Source of the DNA: Catajapyx aquilonaris
Taxonomy: Eukaryota
Length of the DNA: 64,000 nt
Assembly (NCBI GenBank): GCA_000934665.2
Contig: JYFJ02000286.1
Span: 1-64,000, forward strand
Reading direction: 5' to 3'
The position numbers and the translations under genes are program-made. Under the pieces are notes generated by a model. It saw only the letters and a list, made by a program, of their open reading frames with translations, was not told the DNA's origin and did no database searches. How positions within the stretch are numbered: position 1 is the stretch's first letter; every line of letters starts with the position of its first letter. This document shows, piece after piece, positions 15,001-30,000 of the stretch.

Positions 15001-18000
15001 TGATGTCGGTTGGTATATGTAACAACACTCGGCATTAAAGGGACAGCCACTGCAGTTCCAAGTGGGCTAAGTACGCATTTAAACTGCAGGTCACGGAGAA
15101 GGTTCTCATCACTGGAAAGACTTTTCGTTCAGCCTGCTGGTGCTTATCTCCAGAAGAAACATGCTGTCCTGCGGGCCATGTTCACAAGTAGGTTATAGCA
15201 ATGCAACATTTAGGGGCTCTCCATTTCACTTTCAGTACTTTACCACGTTCAATCTGCATTAAGCAAAATCACCTCCATCGCCTAACTTTCTCTAGCTGAA
15301 GTAATTGAAAATCATTCACACTGGGCCTACCGCACTTGATCCGCATGAAAATCGCTCAACAAGGCCAAGGCTTCAAGATCAGGCCAAGTCTATGACGTGC
15401 GCGAAATTGTGGCGATAGAAAGACCGTGAATAGCAGTCCATTGGGAGTGAAATCGAGTAAATCCAACAGTACGTTTGAGGCAGAATTCCAGGCTTCCAAC
15501 TAACCGCCAAAAAAGGCAGTGGTGGAGCAGTACAAAGCGTCAGCTTGGATTCCCGAATAACCGATAAATTCCGGCGTGCTCTCCTGGATCTGCTTTGAAG
15601 CTGATCCTAACCGGGGATTCCCCCTTTTCGGGAGAGAGAGAGAGAGAGGGGTGGCCCCCATGCTTCACTGTAACCAGCCCCTGGTACGCAAAAAATAGCA
15701 TATTCATAATCGCACAAATTTGCATGGACAGCTGCGCACTAAATGAACGCACGAATGTACTTCCACCATCATGCTACTTTTATTGCCACGAAGCGATGTT
15801 CCATGCCAACTTCCATATTTTACCTTGTTATTGGAACTGCTGAACACCATGCAGATACGCTCAATAACCCCCAGCCTAAAACGGCAGGCTACGCCTACAC
15901 GTGAATTACAAGCCTAACGTGTGTAGAAAACTCAAATAACACGTGCCACATGCCAGTCGCTAATGAGACTCTCGTATAAGTTGTGTTGCCACTGATATTG
16001 CGGTGCATTCTGGCTGCCTCTGGGTGACAAAATATGAGACAAAAAAAAATCCGCACGATTTTGTTTTGAGCTGTAGCAGATGCTTTTAGCTTGACGTGCA
16101 TCACGATAACACATGACGTTCGTATCTGCGGACCAGAAGTGATAATAATACAACCGGGATTACTGTCCTAATTTTTACTTCGGAGGTGGATATCGTGAGA
16201 ACTACCTTCTCTTGGTACTGGCAAAGACTGAGGGAAAGGGTAGGCAAATTATAAAAGTCAAATCACGACAGGAAATGAGTTCATTCTCTAAATTATATGC
16301 GGAACAATGCCAATAACAGTAATTTAACAACTGCTCATCACAAAATCCGTCATGCCCTAGCTATGCCAGTTCAACTTCTGGTTTGAACCTACAGCGACAG
16401 TCTCGTTAAACGTGTGCGATGTTTGTACACAACCATGGCGTAGCCACAATTTTTCCGGTATTTATACACACCTCTACTGGCTCCTATTCCTACAGGATGT
16501 ACCGGCAATAAAAACTTAAGACGCTGAGGCTGCACCGGCAATTGCCCTTTTGTCGAAACGGATGCAAGTGAGAGGCATCCTGCCGTAGGGTATTAAAGAA
16601 TAATGATACCCGATTTAGTTGCGTGAACAGATACCGAAAGGCTTTCTTCTTGCAGCTAGTTCAGTTGTGCGGTGCTATTCCTGGCCGCTGACATCCTTTC
16701 ACCCGCCCAAGGCTCGCTAACTGTGCCACTTATACCGGTACACGTCTCATACTCACTTTCCCTGTCGCTTCTAAGTCACCCTTATTTTGCACACACCATA
16801 AAATCACGAACCGACGACAACCTCCCCCAAAAAATGAATGAATGCATTAGCCTCTTAAGGATTTCTACGTGTAATGGTGGGAAAGCCCGGAAGCCTCCCT
16901 GACCGCAGAAGAGCAGGAACGCAGTGGAAATTGGCTTATCTGGAAGCTTCCACAGGCTAAGTTGCCAACCCAAATATTTTCGCAGCTTCCCCCCTAAAAT
17001 CCGCCATATTGCTCTATCTTTCACCTCTTCCCCGCTAGACTGCTCCACATTGCTGACCACATTGGGATGGGTGGAGTCGCCCAAGGCTGCCAGGGCATAA
17101 AGAATCTCTAGTTCAGACAATGCATAGCGGATAATAATAAATGAGGAGTTGTATCTCTTATCCCTTTCCGCCTTCACTCTTCCCCTTGCTCACTCTCTTG
17201 GGCAGAGAGGCCTTTTGGGTCGCTTCCAGCTTCCTCACCGCAAAGACAAAAAGATATAGCACAGTGCCATCCAGCTCGCCAGCTGGCAACTCTTCCTATA
17301 GCCGCGACCCAAGGTCGTCTTCGAGACGGCCTTCCATGATAATTCGCACTATTCTGCTCGCAAAATATTTTTTTGTGTGTAAAAAAAGACGTAATATTCA
17401 ACATGTGTCTCACTAATTCGGTACTCCCGTCGTGTGATAAACAGCAACGCACATACGCAGAGGATATTACTGCCTAACTTCTGGCCGTGCAGCAGGGAGG
17501 CAAAGGTAAATTTCCGCGGCTACAAATCTTCACTTTGCTTCAACCATCTAGACATTTATTATCAAAAAGTTCGGCTCCCAACCCTCGCTCCCAGGAACTC
17601 AAAACTCGGCACTTGTCTTCTGCAGAGCCATTGCCACTTATCCTGCTTCGAAGCCGTTCTTCTCTTTTATCCTCTTCCCCCCCCCCTGATGGCTATTCGT
17701 TACCATCATAGCAAATTTGAGACCGATTGGACTTGGCTACACGATATATCCCCAAGTGAGAGAAAGCAACACCTGCAAAAACTTGGATCGATGATGATGA
17801 GAATATTTGCAATTGGCACCTGAGAGATGTCCTGCCTTCCTCTCATTAGCGCCCCTGTTGAAGTCTGGCTTAAATTAACTGTCGGGGAGGAACTCAAATA
17901 CTGCAGTACATGCCGCACTTGTTTGTAAACGCTGACTTGCGAAGTCACAAGTCGCTCGTTTGGCTGCTGTACAACGCTAATTCCAACTTCCTTAATAAAG

Positions 18001-21000
18001 AGTTCATTTTTTTTCTGCATGAGACTGCCATTCACCCCGGTCAGAGACCAAGAAGACACGACATTTTCGGAATTACAGTGAGTTCGGCGCACTTCTCCTT
18101 GCAGACTTCCCATATATGTTCGTGTCGTATTTTCCCAGAAGCGCTAAGAAACACCGCCTTTTCATCTGATGTCAACAAGTTAATAGGGTAGGGCCTGCGT
18201 GTTTTCAAGACGGGACAAGGGTGGACTCGACGGCGCGAGTCGAAACATTTGGGACGGAAATAGACACCATTGGTATTTATGCCAAGTTGACGGCAAATTA
18301 TTAGGAACCAGACGTACTGTATAACACTTCCCGGTTCGAAGTGGCCAGCCCGGAGGACGGCCCGAACAAAAGACAAACATAAGTTATTATCCAACTTTAT
18401 GGCGCGAGGAGGAAAGCAGATGGGGTCATGAAACCATGCAGAAAATAACACACGCTCGCAAAAACACCAAGTGTCGGTGGAATGACAAATGCGCGGTACG
18501 CTAGATTAGAAAATAATCTTCAGCCGAGATAAAATACTTGCACGAAATATTAGGCTGCAAAACAAACGATAAGATGCGACTAAATCTGGTAAACAAGAAT
18601 TTAGGCTGCATTCATTCAGATATCATTAAGTACGTGTAATATATCGGTTCGGATTTATAGCGTACGTTTTTATGTACTCCTTGACAATGCTTACCTTTAC
18701 GACTATGAAAAAAAAAATCTGGCAGCCGCTAAGTCTGGAGTATCGTCGCAATGCTGCCAAAAATTCCGCTACACAACACGAAATACACCACCACTGTGAA
18801 ACCCATCCTCCAGTATGAAAATAACCTTTTTTCTTTCCCCTCTACCCTGTTTCCCCCTACCCCCATTTCCAAAACCAACTCTACGCCTTGTTCCTCGTAT
18901 CGGAAAAATAATATTTATCAAATAAAGCGACCTGATGATTTAAACGTGGCGCGCAAGTACCGCCCCCGTCGCCCAACTAAATAGGTTGGAAATGAATGAT
19001 GCCCCAGGAGAACTTTGGGTCTCTGGGCTTGGAAATACAGGGGGACCCCCAGTCGCATTGTTGCCCCTGGGCCTGGGCACACAAACGGCGGACAAAACGG
19101 GCGCGCGCGCATAGTTGCCGTCTGGCTGCAGGGCATTATATCCGGGAGCCACATACCTTCCCCCATCCGACAACAATACTGTGGAACCGAGGGGGGGAAG
19201 TTGATCCACAATCGGAGGCAAATCGGCCGAGACTACAAGTGCCGGCAGTTCTTGGGCCCATTCAAGCCGATGCAGCGTTGGATTATGGCGTAGCTCTAGT
19301 GTGCGAACCAAACAATAGCCGCCGAGGTGGGCCCCCGGTTTCAGATTCATCCCACCTTGTAATTAATTCCTTGCGCAAACTCTGGGTCTGAGGGCACAAT
19401 AACAGCACAAGCGCTGACTCCTGCTCTTGCAAATCTGCACAAAGTCGCCCATTTTCTCCATTTGCCCGCGCCTACTCTTTGCCCGGCTGCTCCAATCCCC
19501 TTGAATTATGTATGCAAATGTCATTGTTTTGCAGCTTTTATTTCGCGATACTGGAATAGTTAGGGTGCAATGCCATTGAAAATGCAAGCTTTACGATTAC
19601 TTCTCTGCATGCTGGCCAGAACCTGGCTCTATTATACATGCCTGAACATTCTTAAAGAAACTCAGAGGTGCGTCACACAATTATGGCCTTGCTCGCATCG
19701 TAGCGTACCTTGCACAAAATGTTACTTTTCCAAGTGTGAAATGCTCGAATCACATTTATAATAGGTAATGCTATGGTGAACTCTTCCTCGCCCGGACTTC
19801 AAAGAGCTGTGTGTGAGTAGGGCATGGAGAGATTGTGTCTCGCAAGGGTGGTTTGTTTCAGCCAACTTGTGAGCGATACCAGCAGTGCCTTCTGGGTGTG
19901 TCGTGTGAATGGGGTGCATTATGAGGAACAATGCACTCCACTCACTTGAAACAGGCTTCGTTGTTTAGAGGAGACTCACACCTCCATCTTCACACCTAAT
20001 GGATCATTCGGGTTGCGTCCGCGGATTACGTCGTAACCTATTTGTGTCTAATTTGAGGCAATTCTTCGTCATTTTAGGGGCAGACGGATAAAAGGCCAAA
20101 TAAATGGGCAGGGAAGTCAAAATTCCGTAAAGTTATGAAGATTACCAGCTCTTTCACTTCGCCACCATGGTGAGTTCATCATGTCAGGAGCAATTAGCGG
20201 GATTTCCAGGAAGGAAAAGCTTCATCAGACTCTCCTTCACCCGGCTTGGATTACAGATGTTCCTGACTCCTTTTTGGAATTTCAAGTTCCTACACCAAAC
20301 GCCAGTTTTAGGCTTTACCTTCGTATTACGGTGTGTTTCATATTTTAAGCTTACATCCGCACCCGTTGAAATGTCGCGGGTTCTCCTGTTCTGAAGGCTC
20401 CTGTCCAGTTCTGAATCAAACAGCTAGGACAAATCCTATTACGTGCGCTGGTATGCAGCGCATATTAATAACAATTTGCTATGAAAAATTTAATGTATAG
20501 TACAGAGGGGGGGGGGGATGATGATACGGTGGAAGTATCCGAGCAGATGGAGAATGAAATACTTGCGACTCCCCTTCATTTCACCGACTAATCCTAATTT
20601 TTATAGTCACTCTAACTGCAATTAATCGCTACTCTTTGTTAGTGTAAGCAATGGGATTACTATACAACCTGCCTTCCCTTATTGCCATAAACGGAATTGC
20701 TCAGTCAATTATTAATATGCATTTCCATTAACTTGAGTGATCCCAAAAGACTTTTCTGGTTATATGGGGCAGCAGCAAGTTCGACAGGCCTGTTTATGCC
20801 AATGTCGAGTAAAAGCCAATTTAATAACAAAAACTCAAATCAAGTGTGAGTAATAATGCAGTTGAACAACTTCTGGAAGTGAGACGACAGCCTGCATTGC
20901 GTACAGGTATAAGGTTAGTGAGAGTGACCTTCCTAAAGAGCAAAGTACACAGTCCAGACAAACAGTCCCGAGACACTAAAGTATAAAGACGTCGGGTAGG

Positions 21001-24000
21001 AGGTAAGGGTTGAAACAAGGTGACCAAGTTGTTACACAGGTCGCATATACAGATTTGAAAGCTTTGCAAGTACAGTGCAAACCTGTGACCTGCGTTATAT
21101 TCAGTAGCCCTACACGTGAGGCACTTTACGCGGAATGTTCTTGCTAAATGTGACCAATGAATTCCCACACATGTCAAAAAAGCTCAGTCACTCTCAAAAT
21201 GTTACTGCAAGCACATCGCACATCCTGGTCACCTGGAGACTTCCCTTTAAGAGTACATCCACGGACAACAGATGACTGACACCCAGTGACAAGATCCACT
21301 TGATTTTTTAAATATACATGTACTGTGCATTAGGCATATAGGCTACTGTATAAGTACACAATGGAGCAGCGTATACGGTACGTACGTGAAGAAATTCCAT
21401 AATCAGCAACAAAATCGTCAGTAAATGGGACTCGAATGGATTTTCCTCCTAGGTCTATAAACTTGTTGTTGGGGGTAAATATCCCAGTAGCTTATTCCTC
21501 TCCCATATTTCATAGGGATTTGGCAGTGCACCTCTCTGCGCCCATTCCAAATCCTACATCACCTTTAATATCAACGTGCCTCACGTCGCGACGTCTCAGC
21601 TATTAAGCTCATCGCAACAAAACTACCATTGGAGCATGACCCCCAGCACCTTAACATTTGATAACGTCAAAACACGTCCTTCCAATCCTTCCTATAACAC
21701 CAATAGGTGCTCAGCCAACCAAATCCCCGTCAGGCATCCGAAAGTCTCTTCCGCTCACGCCGGCACAATTCCCTCATTTCGCAAGTGAATCCCTTCTGAA
21801 TATAAAAGTGTTGCCGAACGTTGCTAGAAACCGGATTCACAACGCGGCAACCTCGTCGACTCTTAGCGCTCGGCAACCCCGTTGGCGGTATAGGCTTTTC
21901 GAATGCACAAGTGCAGAAACACAACGAGTGAACAAGTGAAGTTGGCGTGTGGTTCGATAGGCTCCTCCCTGAAGCCAGTCTTAGGGGGCTATAGTCGGTG
22001 AGGGGGGTTTTGGAAGGCAAGGGGTGGCAGCAGAGGGATTTCGCACATGTCCAGCGTTCCCAAGCATCCTGACAGGAGCCCTTCACAAACTCCCTAAGAT
22101 TGAAATTCTGGCTCCCCAGGATGAGAAGGACCAGAGAGGAAGTGGGGGAATTTTCTGGCCCACACCACGTACTCTCTTCTCCTATTTGCACCTCTTTTAT
22201 TTTGTTCGTCGAGGCGGCGGCGGTTGCTTCCCCAATTAGAATCCGCACTTTGTGCCAAACAAGAATCGCGGGGACGAGGGACGACCCGAGCCACCAAAAC
22301 AGATCTATCTGAGAAGACCTGGCCTCAAATATCAGCCAAAACGATCGCCACGTGTGCACCGAGGTCTCTCGAAGGCTCCAGGGGTGGTCTGTCTGTCCAA
22401 GAGCACCTGGGTACTTCCATTGCTAAATATATTGGGTACTTTAAATGAAAATTGCAGTGGTCACTCCCTACAGTGGATTAAATTGCAATTAACTGCCATT
22501 TAAATGTTATTTTACACTAATTTTAAGCGTGACGTCACGTTGCATCAGGCTGACACAATCCCTGCTGTACCACCAGCTTGACGTACGTACTTTATGGCCG
22601 ATCCCGCATGGACAATTCAATAAAATAGTAGTTATCACAAACAGATTGACAAAGGTGTTTACAAGCCTTTTGAAATGGTAAAATTCATTCGCACGTCATT
22701 ATTGAACGGCATTGTGGTCTCACACGATGTCAATCAGGTTCACCATGCTGTCAATTAGGAACTATCCCTCAGTGACAATCGAAAGTGAAGTATTAATTCC
22801 CATAGGTCCCATTTTGACAGAGGGACTTACTGTAACTGGTGTAGCTGAAATCATAATTTGTCGAGAACATGACCATAGTAATTTGCTCCAGAAAATAGAG
22901 CGCATCACGTAATACTGTATGACGTGTATCGGTGGGCATACTATGTACTGTATGTATGACACTAAAGCGGAAGCTCCGCATCCTTGAAAAATAATCTTTC
23001 CAAAAATTCCATTAGGCTAAAATTTTCTCATTTCTCACTTGGGTAATTACATGGCGCCCTAAAAGAAATATGGCAATTAAATTTCAGTTGAAAGACGCCA
23101 GTAATGTAAGGTAATTGAATTACTCCCTCTCTCTGTAGGTAATAGGGTCAAAGGCACCTGCTATGCAACAGTTGCTCTAGTTGCAGGAATTGGAAGGATA
23201 CCGGTACTTCATATCACCTCTACCTGATTCCCTACAAACTTCTACGGTGCTCATAAAATATGACTTAAGTTTGCGTTCATTCCTGACGTCGGTTTTAGGC
23301 CTTATTCGGATATCCCGCCTAACCATTTTCACAATGCAGTATTGCCTCAGCAATTGTTAAATTAAACAATATGAGAAGGCGACAAAACCACCTTGTCACG
23401 GTTAATCATACAGCACATTTTCTTGTTGACATTTGAGAATCAATAATTTCAGTGTACCTTTCTGTCAGCCTAGTAGGAAATCAAGCGTGTGGGGGCAAAG
23501 ACTCAAGCCTCGGGGCAACAGGGTGCCTCGGAGGCTGACCATATCTGACGGGCGAATCTTGGGTGCGCCTGGGAGATGGATGTACGGTTTGCGCATGAAA
23601 GTGACGCTTTGACAGCGATATCTGCTCTCCCACGTCATCAGTTACAACTGCTTTTCGCAAGAGGCTATTAATTTATTGAGTCTACACATCAAAATTCAAT
23701 ATGTACATAGTACATACACTTAAGTAGTGTCACCTAATTTTTTATCATACAATCTTATAAGGACAGTCCAATTCAGTGTCGTGTACATTAATGTGATTAC
23801 AGGATAATACTCTTACTATAGAATATTATCGAATTCAATTCCCGGCTCTTAGCAAACATGTCAGGAAAGAAGCACTTTTCAATTATGTAACTGCCGGATC
23901 CTCCTACAACAAAAACCATGTGATTATACTATATACACACATCCCTCTGTGACACATTAAGTTGATTCAACGAGCCTCTAATTTTGTCGGCATTATGCAA

Positions 24001-27000
24001 CCCTTATTCACTGATGAGGCTAGAGTACACGTCTCCTCATTGCCTTAAATGTTGGAGTGACGTTTTAGAAACCTGCAAAACATTCACTAAAAGGAGAGAC
24101 TGAAGTGCAAGACAAACTCTGTCACTTAGCCTACACCATCAGTCACCTTCATCCTTTTCGATCTCTTCCCAGCTGTCCACTACTTGTGCAAAGAGAGCTT
24201 AACCCCTCAAGTTCCCCCTTCGGGAAAGTGTAGATCTGCTTTTGGTATACTGTAAGGCTGGAAGTGCCATGCATATTGATGCCCACTGTTCAGGCAGGTA
24301 ATCCGATGATTTCCCAATAATGTGATTATTCTGCTTTACGCATTAATTGATCAACACACTGTAATGTAGGCTACTTAATAATTGAATGAATTATACGAAG
24401 CAAGCAACCATTAAATTTTGAATGGTAAGCATGACTCTTGCACCATGCAGAACTACTGTATGATCGCTATTTATTACTTTCATTCCTCGTGATCCATACG
24501 TGTTCAGTGACCTAATTCACAGCATGACAAGAAGTCACTTTCAAGCCGTTGCACCTGACAAAATGCAGCATCCATTTATTTTAAAATCTGTCAGGACTTG
24601 GTTGAATTTTACCACAGGTGTGGAAGCGTCCAACTCTGAAAGTGTTCCTTCCGGGGAAAGCGGATATCACCTTATCTCCGACGATCGTTGACTCTTTCAC
24701 GTAGCTGATTCACAATTGACTTTATTTTCAAACTGTGCATGCATTCACACTACGGCTTATAGCACAGGCCTTTATTTAACGAACTTCCGCAGATACGATA
24801 ACAAATCAATGACGTGTCCAGAACTGTTTCTTGTTCCGTGACGAAGCCATTAATTTTCTTCCGCACCTCCCCCTTAGGGTCAGTGGAACCACAGGTTGAC
24901 AACCGCCGATCTAGACATCAGGCTGCGTTAAATCTAAAAAATTATAGACCCCCGTCTACTCAACGACACGTTTGCATGGAATTAATTACTGGGTACACTC
25001 CTGGGGGCAGGGCCGACCTGGTGCACCGCCACTTCCCTGCTTCTCCGAGACGGATCGAGTGAGAGACATCCATTATAGATGTTCCATATCCCGACTGCAA
25101 TAAGCTGACACTAAATGCTCGGCTTGCGCTGTTACAGTGGCCGTAAACAGGCGAATTCCAATTCACAAAACAGATTTCCATTTAAATTCGGGTTGGGACC
25201 AGGCCATTACCAGGATCATAATCACCCAGGCTGACAAGAAACGAAAGCAGTCGGATTGAGCCGGCCCGCCATCAAAACGCATGCCAAAATAACACGGAGA
25301 TACACACACATTACGAGCCTCGTGTCTTCCCAAAGCCAAAAATCTGGCCTTGTGCCCTTCAGCTCCGTCATTTGACGAGGACACCCAGCAGCCCCCTTCG
25401 AGCACCAGAAACTGCTCCGGATAACAAAGGGCCTCGACGATCTTTCTTTATCTCCTTGCATCCTCCACTTCGAAGCTGTGAAACTTTGATGGTGGCTGCT
25501 CCCAGGCCAAATTCCCCAGCAGGGAGACCACAAATTCTGTCCCGAGGCACTCCGAGGAAAGGAAAAGGAAAAGGAGAGAACGCGTTCCAATCTCTCGGAA
25601 TATTGGTTAAAACTGTAATGTTAGGTAGGCAACGACTCATTATTCATGAAGCGTGTCCTTACTAAAAACGAGGTGACGCCATGCGCAGCCCTTTACCTGC
25701 TAATTATCGTATAGGCGGAAGGTTGACGAGTCGAGCGTGACCTTTGATTGCTGGTAGGCGCGCCTGAATTCCTTTAGAATCGTTACCCATAACGCCCATT
25801 TTTTCCCATGTTGATGCGTACAATATGTGAGAGTAAACGACGCAAATAGATGTGTGGGCAACACTGCGCACTTTATACTGTTGCATACTTCACTGGTACT
25901 ACGTAACATCTTCCTATACACCCATCTCCATATAGCAGACAGTGGCTTATTCCGGTTAGTCGAGAACATGCAGAAACTATCATTTCAATCATTGTTGTTA
26001 GCGTGCATGTTCGTCTCATTCAAATGTAATTATTTTGTGCAGTCTTTGGAAAGCTGGTTACAGCATGGGCGTAACAGCCAGCTACACACGCATTTCTCGT
26101 GATATATGGCAGGGTTATGACAAAAAATGTGTAGTCTAATAATATGGTACGTCTACACAACTTGAGCAAAAGTAGTGGAGAATATTCAACTACGCTTGTC
26201 TTCCAAGTGGGATTGTCAGTGCAGCATTATTGCGACGCATTTAATCAAATATGAGTGTTTTCTGAGAAACTGAACTCATTAAAATATTTCATACGTCTTT
26301 GAAGCTCTAACTTTCATTAAAATATTTAATTACGGCATCGAATAGTTCCCCAAAATACCTAACTTTCAGCATTTTAGAGTAAACCCCTATACGTCGAGGC
26401 TTGCAATGGGCCATAAAATTCTGGAGTAGAGGCCCCCCTATAACGCTCCTGTGCAAAATAGGCAACTTACCACTTTTGTCCCACGAGACATATCTACTCA
26501 GGAAGCAGCTGCGCCTGTTTTCAGAAGACCATGTTGTACAGGCTCATAGGACAGATCACGCAGATCAGTAGAATGCGCTGTGCAGCTGCTCAAAACAGAT
26601 CCAGTTATTTATGTCTAACTGATAAATTTATGAAGACGTCCAGAAACGCAGCAGAAGGGAAGGAGCTGATAACCACAGCAACTACAGTACATACTCTGCA
26701 TGTCTGTTAGAAATAGAACTTGCACAGAGCAGTGTATCTGCTGGAACCACGTCTGCATACCAGAATTTACGCGGTTGTGTTGGAAAGTGTCGCATATCAG
26801 AAAACTGCAGAGAGAATGATTTTTATGGTGTATAATGCACAATATGAAGAAATGAGGAACGATGATGATAATTACATTATTAACGGCAAAGTCAGACCCA
26901 GCATTGCATTATTGCTAGCCGTTACAACAGTGCAAAATCAGTGCCTCCACAAATCCGGTCATTTTTGCCACTGTCATTCATAACATAGCCCCATAACCCT

Positions 27001-30000
27001 GTCAAAACGACCAACAATTACGATCGCTTCATCAGGTCCGCACCGTTACAACAGAGCCGATGTCGGCTATTCCAGTCCATATATCTCCCCCGCATGATCC
27101 CACATTTCGCATAATTTTGAACCATCCCGCCTAAAATTTTTCCCCCAAACCGAACCCCGCTCACGCCCCCGTTTTATACCTCCTCAGATATCCCGGAGTG
27201 TCCCGCGCAATCTGAATGTCTGGGAGTACATCCCCCCTCGAAAGTTCACAATACTCCGCTTCCTCATCCGGGGTACCTCCGCCCCAGTACCCTAACTTAT
27301 ACCTGACGATTCCCGCAATTATTTATTATCCCGAATAGATTCCGCACGAACAGTGGCTGCGCCCATTTGACCAGGTTTTAATTTCCGCCGCAGCTTTCGA
27401 GGCTGGAAGAGAGATAGATCTAGTAGCTCCATGGCGTGTAGGATTCAATAGAGTATGAGTCGGGCCTCGCAAATGGATAGCATGAGTGGGAAGCTCTAAT
27501 TGCCTGTATGAATCAGTGACTGGGGGTCCGGCGTGAAACTCTTCTACCCGGATATATATGTACGCGCAGCCTCCGCTGCTCGGGATTCATCCGGTGATCT
27601 ACGACCGCCCCCAGGACACAAATCCCATCCTCGCCTAGCTAGCCTAGCTAGCTCGCTTCTATTAAAACGAGAAGGGGGGAGGACCTGCCCCATCTCACAT
27701 ATGCACCCAGACTTTAAATGAAATGTATATGAATGTGCTCAAACTTGAATTTGCACTCAAGGCTGGCCTCTGGAGGACCCCAATGGCGGCGGCAACAATA
27801 TATGGGAAGGGGTGATGTGGGGGTCAACTGACCGAACGGTATTGGATTCGACCAGCACGCTTCGGATGAGACGCATCGGTGGCCAGGAACATGAAAAACC
27901 TATCCGAGGTGGGCAACCGCATTGCTGCGACTATATGCTGTAGACGGATACTTTAATAATTGCGCTGGCTAACAATTGGACAAATACATGGGGGGGTGAT
28001 GCAAAAATTAGCACCACGATGCGATTTGTACAAGTAGTTGTAGTGTTCAAGTCCACTTTGATATTCCGTTTCTCGTTGTATCGCATGTTTTTGATACGGA
28101 TATGCTGGATCGCCTAAATGCTAATACAGACAACATAAAAAATATTGGTGGGGTCTGGTACAGTACAGTAATCACGTGGACACCACTGTGTCTGGCCCAT
28201 GCCAGGCACGTGCCTGTAACTGACCATCAGTAATAATTACACGTTTGGCGCCTAAAAATAAGAATGATCGAGTGAACTGACAGATCTCGTGACATCCGTC
28301 ACCACCTGTATTTTTGTCATTAACAACTACGTGACAGAGACCGTGCAAATATTTTAGGTAGCCCAACCCTAATATTTGAATGGTGCATACAGTAGCGAAG
28401 GCTGCACGCAAACAGAAACTGCGAAATCACGACAACATAGATTGCAGTCATTGCCAACCACAAATATAAAGGCTTCAAAGTATCTTAAAATCAACATATG
28501 TTTAGGCATTCATGAAATCACTTCAGTACCACTGTACCAGTGAAAGCAAACTGGATGCGACAATCCTCATTTGTTGAAACGAACTGTACAGCACCTCCAC
28601 TCCAATTATATTTCCGCACGAGCTAGTTTCATGGAAGTTACAGTAATGGCCAGGCAATAACGTAATAACAGAAAAAATGCTCCTTACGTGGTACAAGGCC
28701 GCCGAATACTCTGCAAAATCTACGTACGAACCATTTTAGAAGTAAAGACAAAGCAAGGTGGGCATTCACAGAGCGTGCTTGGGAGGCCCGGATACAGTAT
28801 ATCTGAAACCTAAATGGACCATTTAAAACCCTCCCTGACTCTTATCACTACATTTAACGGATAATTACTCCCGCGAATAGGTATCACGAGCACTGCAGTC
28901 TTAAAGAGTTTCATCCTCACTTTCGGCTACTATAACTAAAACTAATCCACTACCAAGTGACAATTATTATAATTATGCAATAAAAGGCACCCAACTGTTA
29001 TAACAGCGCTGTAAATTTTACACGCATAAAAATATTTGTTATAGATGTATGAATTTTGGGTCAGGAAAATTCAAATTGTTTTATGCATAAAATTAGTTAA
29101 AATGGTGAACAATTTTAATGGCATGAGATGTCACACATATTTCATGCATTTTAAATATTGAGGTTTTCGCCCACATCCTTACCCTGCAAAATCCAAACCC
29201 TACCTTGCGCAATGCCTACGCGCATTTCCTCTCTAGATCCTACTTGATATAAATCACAAAAATGAGTTGGAGTCAAGGCGCCAATGCAGATCCGAAGAAA
29301 AGACGCGCAATTATAAGACTGCGGCGCGAGTGGTAATTAATTACCACAGACTTAACTTCCAGGAGAGTACAGAGGGGGGGGGAGGGGGGGGTGCTCCTCT
29401 CTACCTTCCCCGAGTGAGTGAGTGGGTGGCCGGGCAAAAGAGGATTATAGGAAATCTCCCGGAGCAGACACCCCGATCCGTCCCCTCAAATTGAATAATA
29501 AATCAGGTGCAGACGTGCATTTTCGCCGCGCACATTTACGCCCGGCGCCCATCTTGCTGCAGTCCTCAAGATGGCTCCTCCGAGAGCCAGGATTTAAAGG
29601 TGCTGGTGCTGGGTTTGGGGAGGGTTGAGATGGATCGGGCCTGATACGACCCGGATCCGCGCACCTTAAGCCTTTCCGCCTCCGAATTACTCATCCGAAA
29701 GGCGAATCCTGTCGAACAAACAACGACAACGCATGGCTTCGACAAAGCCTTTCCAGGACGGTAATATCCATCCTCGTCTGTCGAAGATAGGTAACCCATC
29801 CATCCCGGGTCATGTGCGGAACGACCTTCAAGGTATACCTGCTGATGGGAGATGGTATTACGTAAGGTATGACAAAAACAACCTTCAACGTCCGCCTACG
29901 AATCAACGTCGCAATATATGCACAACCTTCAATGAGGTGTGATGCTTTAAAAAAGGTCATTACACGCATAAAATGCCGAATATGTCCAATGGAAATGCGG

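Noticed and set aside
24175..24297. Possible internal exon (TTCCCAG…GGCAG/GTAATC) with one open frame
   Set aside because: No homology recognised and no partner exons found.
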